This document shows, one piece after another, positions 1 to 12,600 of a stretch of 64,000 nucleotides of DNA. Numbering within the stretch: the stretch's first letter is position 1; the number at the start of each line of letters is the position of its first letter. The position numbers and the translations under genes were made by a program. A model generated the notes under the pieces. That model saw nothing but the letters and a program-made list of their open reading frames with translations. It made no database searches and was not told the origin of the DNA. The stretch covers positions 6,456 to 70,455 of the forward strand of contig CAIMPC010000057.1 of NCBI GenBank assembly GCA_903843285.1, given 5' to 3'. The stretch comes from Candidatus Omnitrophota bacterium. Its GTDB lineage: Bacteria; Omnitrophota; Gorgyraeia; 2-01-FULL-45-10.

Positions 1-271
1 CGACCTCGCATCCTTAGCGGCATTGCCAAAATAATATTCACCTACATCGTAAACGGACGCCAACATAGCGCTCTCTGAGAATAGAGACTGCTGGAATCGA
101 GCAATCTGGTCATTGACCGGCTGCTGCTGGAGTAGGGACGGAACAGCTAATGTAGAATTCCCGGCATTATGCTCGGGAGGATAAGCGTAGGCAATGTCGA
201 GGGTCAGGAAGGTTATGATTAAAACAAATGATATGCACTTAAATAGACGTGAATGTTTTATTCTATCCATA
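1..271 (-). CDS. Partial CDS (N-terminal about 90 aa, continues past the window start). Predicted signal-anchor or secreted protein.
   Basis: ATG at 269-271 (minus) is preceded by an AAGGAG Shine-Dalgarno 7 nt upstream. Translation is MDRIKHSRLFKCISFVLIITFLTLDIAYA..., with a hydrophobic N-terminal segment. The frame is open to the window edge. Confidence 0.35.
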
Positions 272-515
272 TGTGTGGCTCCTTTAGTTTTCGAAAGAGA
301 CTAAATCCATTTCAAATATCTTTAATATGCCAGAGACACTTGTAGCCCACCCCCGTCATTGAATAAACGTTGATAGGCTACTGATAAATAAGAAAGTCAG
401 CTACTAACTTTCTATTTGTACTGTAAGTTAGTATAAAGCATATCTGCTACTTTGTCAATGGTTAATAACTGAATTTTTGATACTTAACGGGATACGCGAG
501 TAATAGTGTGCATGC

Positions 516-603
516 GTCATTCTGAGGAGGGCTTTAGCCCGACGAAGAATCTAAAAACGAGATCCTTCGCCCGCCACCAATACTTCGGCGGGCTCAGGAT
601 GAC
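516..603. repeat. Hairpin repeat element copy 1 (GTCATTCTGAGG...GAAGAATC / ...CTCAGGATGAC arms). Sits just downstream of the giant ORF stop.
   Basis: Shares the GTCATTCTGAG/GAAGAATC and complementary CTCAGAATGAC arms with 8 other copies in the window. Confidence 0.5.
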
Positions 604-632
604 AGAAGTAGATTTCCTTCTTTACGACACGT

Positions 633-3600
633 TTACGCGGCGGAGCGGATCACGGTGATCGCATTTCTGTAGGTCTCGATCTCCTTACCATAGTCGATCG
701 GTAACACCCTGGGCAGATACTTAAAGATACCATCGGCATACGTAACACCAGCCGGTAATCTGCCTTCGGCTACTAATTGATCCAGCAGATCATTCGGCAT
801 GGTGACCATATTTAGAAGCGTCTGATAGTAGTTAATCGAGGCGATCTCTGTCTTCCCGCTTCCCACATCCACCGATTGAACCTCGAGGAGTTTTTCCCCG
901 CTGACAGGTCTAACACTATCAAACTCGCCTTTAGCGTAGGCTATGCCGATATTATTGATATTGATACTGCGATTATCACCGATCTCTGTGATAAGTTCTT
1001 CATACGGTATGCGGAGACTGCCGTCTGCATTAAAGCCATTCACAAACCTGATAGCATTAATATCTCCCTCATATCCGGAGGCCCTGATGAATGCTTTGGC
1101 TTCATCAGACGTCTTAAACTCTTTACCGTATATGAAGCAGTTAACCACACCCATCGCATTGGCCTTACTCATATTATCAGCGAAGAACATGTTAGAGGAT
1201 GCCACTGCCTCGGTCGTCGCCACCGCGTATGTCTTCTCGGCAAACGCGGGATTATCAGCCAGAGGCGCATTATATGCAAATCTTATTCCTTCTCTTCTTA
1301 CATTAATAGCAATCTTTAGCGCTTCTTTTCGCTCATTCAGCCATGATGTTTGCAACTGATATTTAAATTTCTCATCAAGGTTGTATTCTTCTATCCGTTT
1401 AAGCTGTCGGCGTATTTCTGTCAATATCTTCACGAGCTCTTCTCTGGTCTTCGAGCTTACAATGACGCTGGAAGCATCTTCTACGACCTGACTCAATGCC
1501 GGAGTAAGCACGTTGTAAGCACCTTGGCCCAGCATACTGTTATCGATAAATACACCATTATATTTACCGGCGTCTACATCCGCATTAAACTCATTCAAGT
1601 CGAGGGTAACTATATCGGCTCCATGGATAATTCCGGGTTGCGGCATTAAGCTAATAATGGTTTTGACGCGGGCCATGTTCTGCGCATCTGCCTCGGCGTT
1701 ATCTGGACCGCTTTGTTTCTGCAGAGCTATAATAAATTTCTTTCCACTTGGAACATGCACGCGAGCTATATTCTCTTTTGCCCTGACCTCTGCCACGCGC
1801 ATAGCAAAGAAGCCGGAGATAAGCGGCATGGTCCCTAACATAGCCGTCAGCTCACTCTTAAAGGTCTCGTGCAATACTATCAGATTCCTGGCGCTCTCAA
1901 GGAAACCGTTTCTATATAGAATTGAATCAGCTATAGATTCTGTATATATTGCCGCGGGAATGGTACCTCTTAAGGGAGATTCTTCGGTCGACCTTTGGCC
2001 TACCTCAGAATGACGTAATTGGATCTTCTCAAATCCCTTAAAGAATTCTATCCTTACCCTGCCCTCGCTATCGATGGTCCGGCGCGAGAGATCAGGCAGT
2101 TTCATTATAATGTCTACACCATCAAATCCCACACCGTAATATTCTCTGAAATACTTCCCAAAGGCTTCTGTTATATGGCTATTTAGATACCATAGCCTGA
2201 TAGCCATTGCCGTCGCTTCGAGGCCTGCCGTAAGGCCCACAGCCGCTCCTATTAATGGCAATATGTCATGGGTTTGCGATGCGGCTATCGATAGTAATAT
2301 CATACTTACAGCGCCCAATGCACCCAGCGCGGCAAACCCTGCAGACCACCACATGGCAACTTCGACATTAAAAGGATGCGCGACTTTCCTCGGCAATGCC
2401 CTTACGCGGGCTCTGGTAGCTGTTATCGCGCTGGGCCGGGGGGCATTATTAATCGCATCTATAACGCAATTGATTACCTTATAACCGGGTTTCCAATATC
2501 CACTGCCTGCGATAAAATACAGCTCTTCAGCGCTGATACCCAGTAGTTTGTTTATGTTCACGGGGAGCTCCAGATCTATGTCTTTCATAGTCCTGGATAC
2601 CGCTCGCTCTCCACGGTTAATCTTACCGGGATCCATAAAGATCTTTTTCGGTTCGAGGCTATTACAGCGTCTTTCGAGCTCCAGCGCTGTTTTGGGCCTT
2701 ATGACTCCGGCGACATATTCGCGGGTATTACTAAAGGTGACTCTACTTAATAGTAAGTCCTTCTCATCCGGACTTGGTATTAAACATTGTCCCGTCTTTA
2801 GCTCGGCTCTTTCATCTAACTTCTTCAAATCCTTCTTCAAAGCTTCTTCGGACAATTGTTTCTGTATTCTTTCCTCTATGTCTTGTCTTGGGTCACCTTT
2901 TAATAGTGGGATAAAGCCTTTGTAGTCGCCCAGATTATTGCCCATCGTAACGGCTAAATCCAGGGGCCTGGCTGATACCGGCAGTTCCACTGCCTGCATA
3001 TGCACCTTACCCTGCATATTCAAACCAAAATAGACTACATAGACACTATCTTTTAAGAAATCCAGTGTGCTGTTAAAATATCTGGTGTAATCACCGTAAA
3101 TAGGTTTAGTTGCCTTGAATACGGGGTAATTATGGCCAAACAAGCTCTGAGTAGGTTCCAAGTGCAGTAATTTATAGATCCAATGAGGTATAGGAGTCTT
3201 TGGCCCTGCGAGATACACGCCATTTTGATAGCTCACATAATTTTCTTTGGTCATCAACATCATTTCGATCGGGACCTCAGATCCAATCTGCCTTTTGCCT
3301 GAGGCGTCCATAGTTATTCGCGCGCACTGGAACGTAATATGCACAGCTTCATAGCCTCTTTTATGTATCGTAGGCGAGTCCGGATCGACCAAGCCGTCTC
3401 CAACCCTCATTCTTCCACTACTAAGAATTCTGGTAGATTCACATAATTTGCGAGCAATGAGGTCGCGAGTATCCTTAGTTTGAGTAACTACACGAACCCC
3501 GAGGATATCCTCTACCTTATATCCTTGTTTACCACCCTTTTCCGGATTAATGAATTTCTTATAGCAGCTGTAAACATTCTTAGGACGATATTCGACTGTG

Positions 3601-6600
3601 ACGTCCTCATCTTTAGGTATTAAACCGTTTCGCTTGGCAAGCCTTACATATGCTTCCAATCTCCCCGCTGCCAATACTAATACTTCTCTGAGGGTTTTTT
3701 TGTTTACATCGATGCCATTTAAGGCGACTGTCATCTGGCTGAGGGTCCATTTATAATTTCCCGGATATGCGGCCTTAAAAGCCTCATCGATAATATCGCT
3801 GGCTACTTCGTATAGGCCCAGCCTTTCAGCTACCGGCGAATAGATATATTCGACTTCTTTAAAAGCCTTTTGTTTAGCATTTTCCGGAGCACTATAAACA
3901 GAATCCAGTTTATAGGCCAGCAGTAACAGCATGCTATTCAGTGATCCCGTCAGCTGGATCATCATATTCATGTAAAACTCCAGAGTATTTTCTCCCCTGA
4001 GGAACTCTGCAAAATCTTTTTCTTTGGTGGAATCGAGAGTCTCGATTGCTTTTATAATATCTTCTATTTTTCCCGTACCCTTATAATTAGGGATCGTATC
4101 GAGCATCGCTCGTAAATTCTTCCGATCAATATTATGCAGTAACGCGGCGACGATCAAACGCTCATCTCCTATACCCCAACGAGCCAGGCTAGCCGCCATG
4201 TTAATAGAATGGCGATTGCCCGCGGCCATTTCGAATGCCGCCGTTATGCTATTCTCGGCAGAGACGACTTCTGCGCTGGAGAGCGTACTCTTCGCCCTGA
4301 ATAAGTTTATTATATTCCTAAGAGCCCTATTCGAGGCATTGATATCAGAGACGGATGTCAAATCCTCACTGATCGTTATCATATGCTTCTGGAGCAATTT
4401 ATAAAATTCTTCGTCACCCTGCTCGAACGCAACCCTCTCAGCCTTTGCCTGTAACTCTCTCTGGCTTCTGATAAAAGCTCCGAGAACCAATCCAAGCGGA
4501 TTATTCTTCTCGCTGTTATCAGTTTTATGATAGATAAATATCCTGTTATTACGGACAGTGGCCACTAAATTTGCGTGTGTGCCGCGCGGAGTTAACGCCT
4601 CCAAGGCTTCGTGCAGAATATACTCCTGGATAAGATTTCGCCTATACTTATTAATCATGGCATCGGATAATCCCGGGTAGCCAATGATAGTTCGCAGATC
4701 GCATGTCAATATAAACCTGACGACTTCCGGTGATAAACCGATCTTAAATTGGTGTTTGCCGTTAGCATCTACTTCCGAGCGAACCTTAGCCAGGCCCAAC
4801 AGGTGACCGGTATCGGGGGCTACTAAAGGCTCGAAGAAGAATATGGCTGATTTGTCTGATAATAGATCTACCGCGGCCTTAACGCGCGACGGGACGTTGT
4901 GCGCCGACACCACTCCGCCGACACTCTGCTGTAATCCTTCGGATATATCTCTAAGGGCTTTAGTCGAAGTCTCCAATTCTGTGATTTCAGGGCCATACTC
5001 TGCGGTCGGGTCGCTGATAATGCGCAGTAACTTCTCCTCTTGGCCTTTTTCGTTCATCCTTACTAATGCTATCGCCGTTTCGTAGTCAGGCGCATTTATT
5101 ACGTCCGCTATGGCCTTCTGTGCTCCGACAACCTCATTGCCCGCATGCCCGATCGCGCCGCCGAGCGGGGCGGGTGGGTTCTCGGTAGGTGGATTCTCCA
5201 AAGTAATAATCTTATTACCTTTGGCATCTGTGACCAGCTTGGAATCTACGGTTGATACCACAGGTGTCTGCGGTACGGCCGTTAAAGCAGCGGTCCTGAT
5301 GCCGCCCTTACGCTTTATAAAATCGATAATACTAATCAATACAGGATTCTCTGTTGCATAAAGAGCACTTTCACACACACGTATTTGGCATAGCTCATTA
5401 ACCTCCGTATACAGAGATTGCTGGGCTTTAGTAATGTTCTGGTTATTGATGTCGAGAAGAATTGATTGTTCCTTGGGTTCCAGGGAATCCCATATTGTTA
5501 TTGTTAATTCGGATTTGGCCTTATTAGCTACTTGCAATTCTTCATCATTTTGAGCTTTGGCTAGAGCAAAACGCACATCTCTGAGAGAATCAGCAAATCT
5601 CTTTGCGAGGGATAATGCCTTATTGGATAGGGCTTTATAAGCTACTGCCTTAAATTGTTCAAAACTCAGGTCATTTACCCTATCATATAGAACGGTGGAG
5701 GCCTTATCTCCATAAACAGCCTGAATATCCTTTCTATTATTATCGGTGAACCTATTGGATTGCCACATATCATTGGTTAATTGATCTTTTGCCTCATTAG
5801 CTGATTGCAATTCTTCATCATTTTTAGCTTTGGCTATAGCAGAACGCACATCTCTGAGAGAATCAGCAAATCTCTTTGCGAGGGATGGTACTTTCTTAGA
5901 TAAAATCTCATCGACTGCCTTCTTTAATTCTGCTAAGTTTAGCTCATTTACCTTGTCATATAGAGTGTCAGAGGCTTTATCACCATAAATATATACGAGT
6001 GCTGATTGCCCTTCAGGTGTCAGGGACTTAAATAGATTTTCTACCAGTGCGGATTTGGCCTTATTAGCTGATTGCAATTCTTCACCATTTTGAGCTTTGG
6101 ATAGAGTAAAACTCACATCTCTGATAGAATCAGCAAATTTCTTTGCGAGGGATGGCGCCTCATCTGCTAATACGCTATTTGCTACTCTCATAGATATTGC
6201 CAGGCTCAGCTCATCGACCCTCTTATATAGAGACTCCCGGACTGTAGTAATGTCCTGGTTATTGATGTCGAAAAGAATTGATTGTTCCTTGGCTTCCAGG
6301 GAATCCCATATTGTTATTGTTAATTCGGATTTGGCCTTATTAGCTGATTGCAATTCTTCATCATTTTTAGCTTTGGCTAGAGCAGAACGCACATCTCTGA
6401 GAGAATCAGCAAATCTCTTTGCGAGGGATGGCGCCTGATTAGACAGGATCTCATTGACTGTCTTCTTTAATATTGTCAGATTTTGCTCATCGACCTTATT
6501 ATATAGATACTCCCGGGCTTTAGTAATGTCCTGATTATTGATGTCGAGAAGAATTGATTGTTCCTTGGCTTCCAGAGAATCCCATATTGTTATTGTTAAG

Positions 6601-9600
6601 GCGGCCTTATCGCTACCAGCATTGGCTTCGCCCTTGCCTATGGAGATGCGGACGGTTATTAATTGTGAGGAGAATTGTTTTGCGAGGGATGGCACTTTCT
6701 TAGATAAAATCTCATTGACTGTCTTCTTTAATATTGCCAGGCTTAGGTTATTTACTATATCATACAGAACGGCGGGGGCTTTATCACCATAGCTATCTAC
6801 GAGCGCTGATCGTCCTTCAGGTGTCAGGGAATTAAATAGAACTTCTACTAGGTCGGATTTTTCTTTATCAGCCCTTTCTTTAATAGCGTTTGCTTTAACG
6901 CTATTGGTTTCTTGCTTGGCTTTCTCTATTAAGCTACGGACAGCTATTAATTTTAAGGAGAATTGCTTTGCGAGGGATAGTGCCTCATTGGATAGGATCT
7001 TATCGACTGCCTTCTTTAATTCTGCTAAGTTTAGCTCATTTACCTTGTCATATAGAATGCTTTTGGCGGATTTTTCATCACCATAAACATCGGTGAGAGC
7101 TAATTGTTCTTCAGGTGTCAGGGAATTAAATAGAACTTCTACTAGGTCGGATTTTTCTTTATCAGCCCTTTCTTTAATAGCGTTTGCTTTAACGCTATCG
7201 GTTTCTTGCTTGGCTTTCTCTATTAAGCTACGGACAGCTATTAATTTTAAGGAGAATTGTTTTGCAAGGGATAGCGCCTCATTGGATAGGATCTTATCGA
7301 CTGCCTTCTTTAATTCTGCCTGGCTTTGTTCATCGATCTTCTTATATAGATACTCCTGGGCTTTAGTAATGTTCTGGTTATTGATGTCGAGAAGAATTGA
7401 TTGTTCCTTGGGTTCCAGGGAATCCCATATTGTTATTGTTAAGGCAGATTTGGCCTTATTAGCTACTTGCAATTCTTCATCATTTTGAGCTTTGGCTAGA
7501 GCAAAACGCACATCTCTGAGAGAATCAGCAAATCTCTTTGCGAGGGATAATGCCTTCTCAGATAAGATCTTATCTGCTACTATCTTAGATTCTTCCAGAC
7601 TCAGGTCTTTTACTTTCTTATATATAGCCTTTTTGGCTTTAACTTCATCATAATCATACTTATCCAGAAGCGCCCGCTTCTCGTGACTGTGTAGCGCATT
7701 CCATATATATTCTTGATCGATTGTATTCCGATTACTCTGCACTTCATCTGCATTAACACTGCCTGGACGGATAAACCAGCCAATCCAAGGCACCAAACAG
7801 GCGACCAGCTCTCCATAGCCTGCATAATGCGTATTCTCGTGAAACTCAATATATCGCCGTATAAGTTTGTGTAAGACGTCGAATCCCGATGACTTCTTTA
7901 TTTCTCGCTTATTATCTAAGGAGATCTCAACCCACGCAATAGGCCCTGCACGTCCATGCATTGCCTTATTAATTTGTGCTAATGCTATCGCCTTTATTAA
8001 TGCATGGATCAAAAGATAACTACATAATACGCCAACTGCTACAAATACTCGGAACGTTATGTCCTGCCAACCATAACTTAGTGCCGCTATACTAAAAAAT
8101 CCAGCGCCAAAAAGCGCCTCAAAAATAGCCGTACGTACGATGAGATTCTTATCAAATGGCTGAATCCTTCCACCAAATTGATTTATTAATCTCTTGGCTA
8201 TTTCCTTCAGTACTTTATCTTGAGTCTTAGATAAGTTTGGCCGAGCGCCACCCGCAAAAACTCGACCCAATATTACAAAATATATCTCGTAAATTATACC
8301 TATAATACTAGCAAGGATACCAATTACAGCACTGCTTGTTACCATGGAGGCAAAAAATACAACAAATTTTGTGGGCAATCTCATCTGTCCCTGCCACGAT
8401 AGCGTGCTCATCACTCCACTAAATCCGCCATCACTCATAGGAACTGTAAAAGGTATAACACCCACTAAATGCCTCAGGACATCCACGGGGAAGAATGATA
8501 CCCATATGCTTATTATTAATATTCCAACACCAATCCCATATGTCCACCATTCCACACCTCGGGTCTCGTAATATTTCCCATTAACTTGCTTGCCTATTCC
8601 GAGCATCCAGCTCCATCCCGCAGCAAACATAAATGAGGCTAAAATGCTGGAAGTGCGCCACACGGCATTTGTCGATATAAATCCTGAGAACGATAAGGCA
8701 AATATGACAGGGATGGTATAAGTAACTATCTTTAATGCGGTATCAAATTTCTTAAATTCCGATGGCCATTTCTCCTTATCGGCACCATTTTTGATGGCAT
8801 AAATATACATAGCAATATTCGCAGTTATAATGGTTGCGATTATACCGCAACTTAATACAAAGTACGTTCCATTTAACTGAACTGCCAAGGAAGCTATATA
8901 GGGAATATATGACACGTACGCAGACAATATAACGCTGAGTGAAATAAGGATCGTCCACTTGAACATCTTTAGATAATAACTAATCATCGGATTGCCCTCA
9001 CCAACTACGGCGGCATTCCATACCAATGTGGGAGGCTTAACGTCCGGCAAAAATATATGATAGTATACAATCTTTAGGACCACGGGTAGTTGTCCAACCA
9101 GTAGAATTGGTTTAGTTACAATCTTCGTCAGGAAAATAGTGGTCGAGGCAACGAATTCGACCAGTCCTTTTAATAATTGCAAAACAAACAGGCAAGTTCC
9201 CTTTATACGCCCGTGCTCTTTGTATATCTGATTTCGCTCGGACGTGAATAAGCTTTTCAGCTTCGCTAAAGCAGGGAAAAATTTTGGACTGGTTAACAAT
9301 ATAATTATTGTTAAGAACGCAAATTCCCCGATTAATGGAAATAACATATCGAGGCTACCCGGTATAAACATAGCCTTAAACATGAGCACTAATTGAATAA
9401 GCCATATAAACTCTCCTAAAAGCCCTCTCACCACAAGATCTGACTCGTATCTGTGCCCCGGAGATAATCTGGGAATCCACATCTCGCCTGATGCTTCTCT
9501 AGCATTAATCCTATTACTACCTTCTTTAAATAACGATCTCAGAAGTAGGGTGCTTACCACCGCTCCTCCGAAGCACCATCCGATCATCCACAGCAGGGAC

Positions 9601-12600
9601 GTACCTATCAAGCCTACTATTACGGCCATTGGAATAGCGCCTGCTAAAATAGCGGCCGTCACCGGATAGTCTCGAATAAATGGTACAATCCTAATTACGA
9701 ATATCTGCGGCAGATCGAATACGTACATCCATCGAGTTGCTTCTCTGCGAGCCTCCTGACCATAGTTAAACATCGGATCTTCTTCGATGACGACTCTATC
9801 TAAATATTTGCACTTACCGCTCAATATAGTCAATACTTCGTCTTCGCTCTTGGGTAGTATATCATCAGTAGCTTTGAGATAGTTATAGTATGCCCATACC
9901 TTTTGGTAGGCATTAGTCGTGATCATGTCTCTGTAAAAATCCTCATTTCGGTAAGCATATTTACCGGGGGCGCGCAGTGAGTCTTCGATGATATATTGAG
10001 CCTGCGCAACATGCCCCAACATCGTCTGAGGAAAATCTTTCATAATATTAGAATGTATTGTGGCGTGCACATCGCTATAGATCATTTTTCCACGGAAGAA
10101 AGATTCCGTATTACGCCTATCGGCCATTACAGAAACTAGATACAAAATTCCCTCGCCTTTATGATCAGCCCTTTCGGCATAGCTTATTAAGTTACCCGGA
10201 TCGTATACAAGAGTATTTTTAATTCTACTTTTGCGCATTAGAGGAGGTATGCTCTTATCATTGATACTCTCTTGTCGTATATTCCTCAAATCATCAGGGT
10301 CGGCAGGATCGCCGCCCAATGTTTCGACTATAGGATTCATCCACTCATTATTCAAAGTAGGCTGATCCTTATTTTTAGCTTTTGAAATATCAGGGTCTAC
10401 ATTATATCTCGGATCGATCTTACAATATTCATCATCATCTTCGCGGAGCCATCTCTGCACAGAGTAGTGAGTAGGCGGTTTGGTCATTTTTTGTCTACGC
10501 AGATGTACGTAAACGCGTTTACGTACATGCTCAGGCATGGCATCCAAACGTTCTTGCACGAGCTTTAGTGTTGCCTTATAATGCTCCTCACCCTCTGTAC
10601 CAGATCCGCCAAAGACCTGAATCAATAAATCAAAATATAGATTATAATCCCTATTACCGTTGGGATCGCGCGCCTCTTCCATCATTTTCTCTACAGCCCC
10701 GATTCCTTCAGCGGTACCATCACCCATAACAGAATTGAAATTAGGCATATCTTTCAAAACCCCTGTCGCCAGATCTTTCTCCTTTCTCATCGGGAACGCC
10801 ATATGGATCATGGTCTTCTCGTCATCTGGAATTTTGCCCTGCTCTGTTATGTCGGTGCGCCTAAACTCCGGTTCCAATAGAGATCTGCCAGGCTTCACTA
10901 CATTATTGAATAACATGATACCCGCAGATGACAAATACACGCCCGGAATGATAGCTAAAAGCCACCAGGTTGTAACTGTATACAGAATAAGGTTTGAGGC
11001 CATAAAATTATTATAGTTATAGCAGGCCAGGATAGTAAGCACGAGGGCCGCCGTAACTACTGTGTTGAACCAATGATATAGAAAATGCTTTTGTGTTATT
11101 GCCAGCGACTCTACCACATTCTCCAGCCTTCTCTCGGCTTCCACCGGATCCAGCAATCTGGCGACCTCGTTCATCTTAAGATGCTTGGTAAGCAGTTCTT
11201 CATCTGCCGGCGGCTCTGCAGGTTTCGGCTTCAGTCTGGCAATAATCCCATCATTATAGCGTTTCTTGCCTAATCCCGTTATATATGTGCCGACAACCAC
11301 TAAGACCGTTAACACGAAAACAGAATTAAGATTGCCCCATCTGAACTTTTCCCAAAGATATTGTCTGAACTTTTCGAATTTCGACCAGTTTTTTTCTCTA
11401 ACGTATTTTGGGACCCCTCCTTCTGACACCTCTCCCCTAAGTCTGCCTTCCACTCTCTGTCTATCCATCGCGTTTATGGGGCGGGTAACGATCCTTTCAA
11501 AGGAATCCCTGTCATATTTAAGTGTTTCGAGACTGCCCAGGGTGTTAGTAGCTCCCATGACCGCATTTTCATCGAGGTATGTAAAGAGTTGCTTCGTTGT
11601 TATTTCCTGCGCAATATCATAGAGACTCCTCGGGGAGCTTGTCGGATTTTGCACTGACTTCGCGTTCTCTATTCTGACGGCTTCCGCTATTTCATTTTTT
11701 AAAGCAATGGCCCGCGCCGTCAACATCTTCACCACCGTCGGATTAATATCTTTCCTTAATATCTCGTGAGCGATATCCGCAATCTCTTTATCGTTCGCAA
11801 TGCCGACTCTCTTCAGCTCCGGTTTAATAATCGCGATTATGCCCGATATGCGAATATTATGGACGCATAACTCCGTTATAATCCTCTCGGATATCTCCTG
11901 AGCGTCGGCCTTAAGACCGTCCTCCTTCATCAGGGCTTTTTTCACATCGTCTATACTGTTTATTCTGTTCCCGAGACTGTCTCTGATTCTGGTAGATACT
12001 TCATTCACGCTGGCATCTTCCACTATGGAAGGCTCGACACGGCTAAGATAAGGACGAATAGCCGATGCTATAGGCACAGTATCGTATTCATCTACCACCA
12101 TATCGATTTGCGCGGGAGCCGAAATTATATGGTGCGCTGAAAGTTCCGCGGCTATATTATGGATAACTGACTTGTCTATGCCTATCCCCTCCAAGCGCGG
12201 GGCAATAGACTGGGCCAAGGCATCAACCTGAGAAGCATCTCCAATTTTAAAGGTATCAGATTTTTCAATAAGCCCTACTTTGAACCACGTATCCACCAGA
12301 TATAGAACATCCTGCATGTCTACCTTCGGATCTACTATGCGGGCGGATGCAGTTGCATCCATTATCATTTTATACGTATCTTTAGTTCTATCTACGAGAT
12401 TCCTTATATCATCCTCTCCGAGGCCACTCATAACAGCGTTCGTTGCCAACTTACGCGTCTCATCGTCAGTAAGATATATGCCCAGTTCATTAAATTGGTC
12501 CTTCGTAAGGCGAGATAACCTGAGAACTTCTTCCAGTAGATTCATCTCGATCCCGATATGGTTTTTGAAGGACCATAGACCAGCTTCATTCTTCAAGTCC

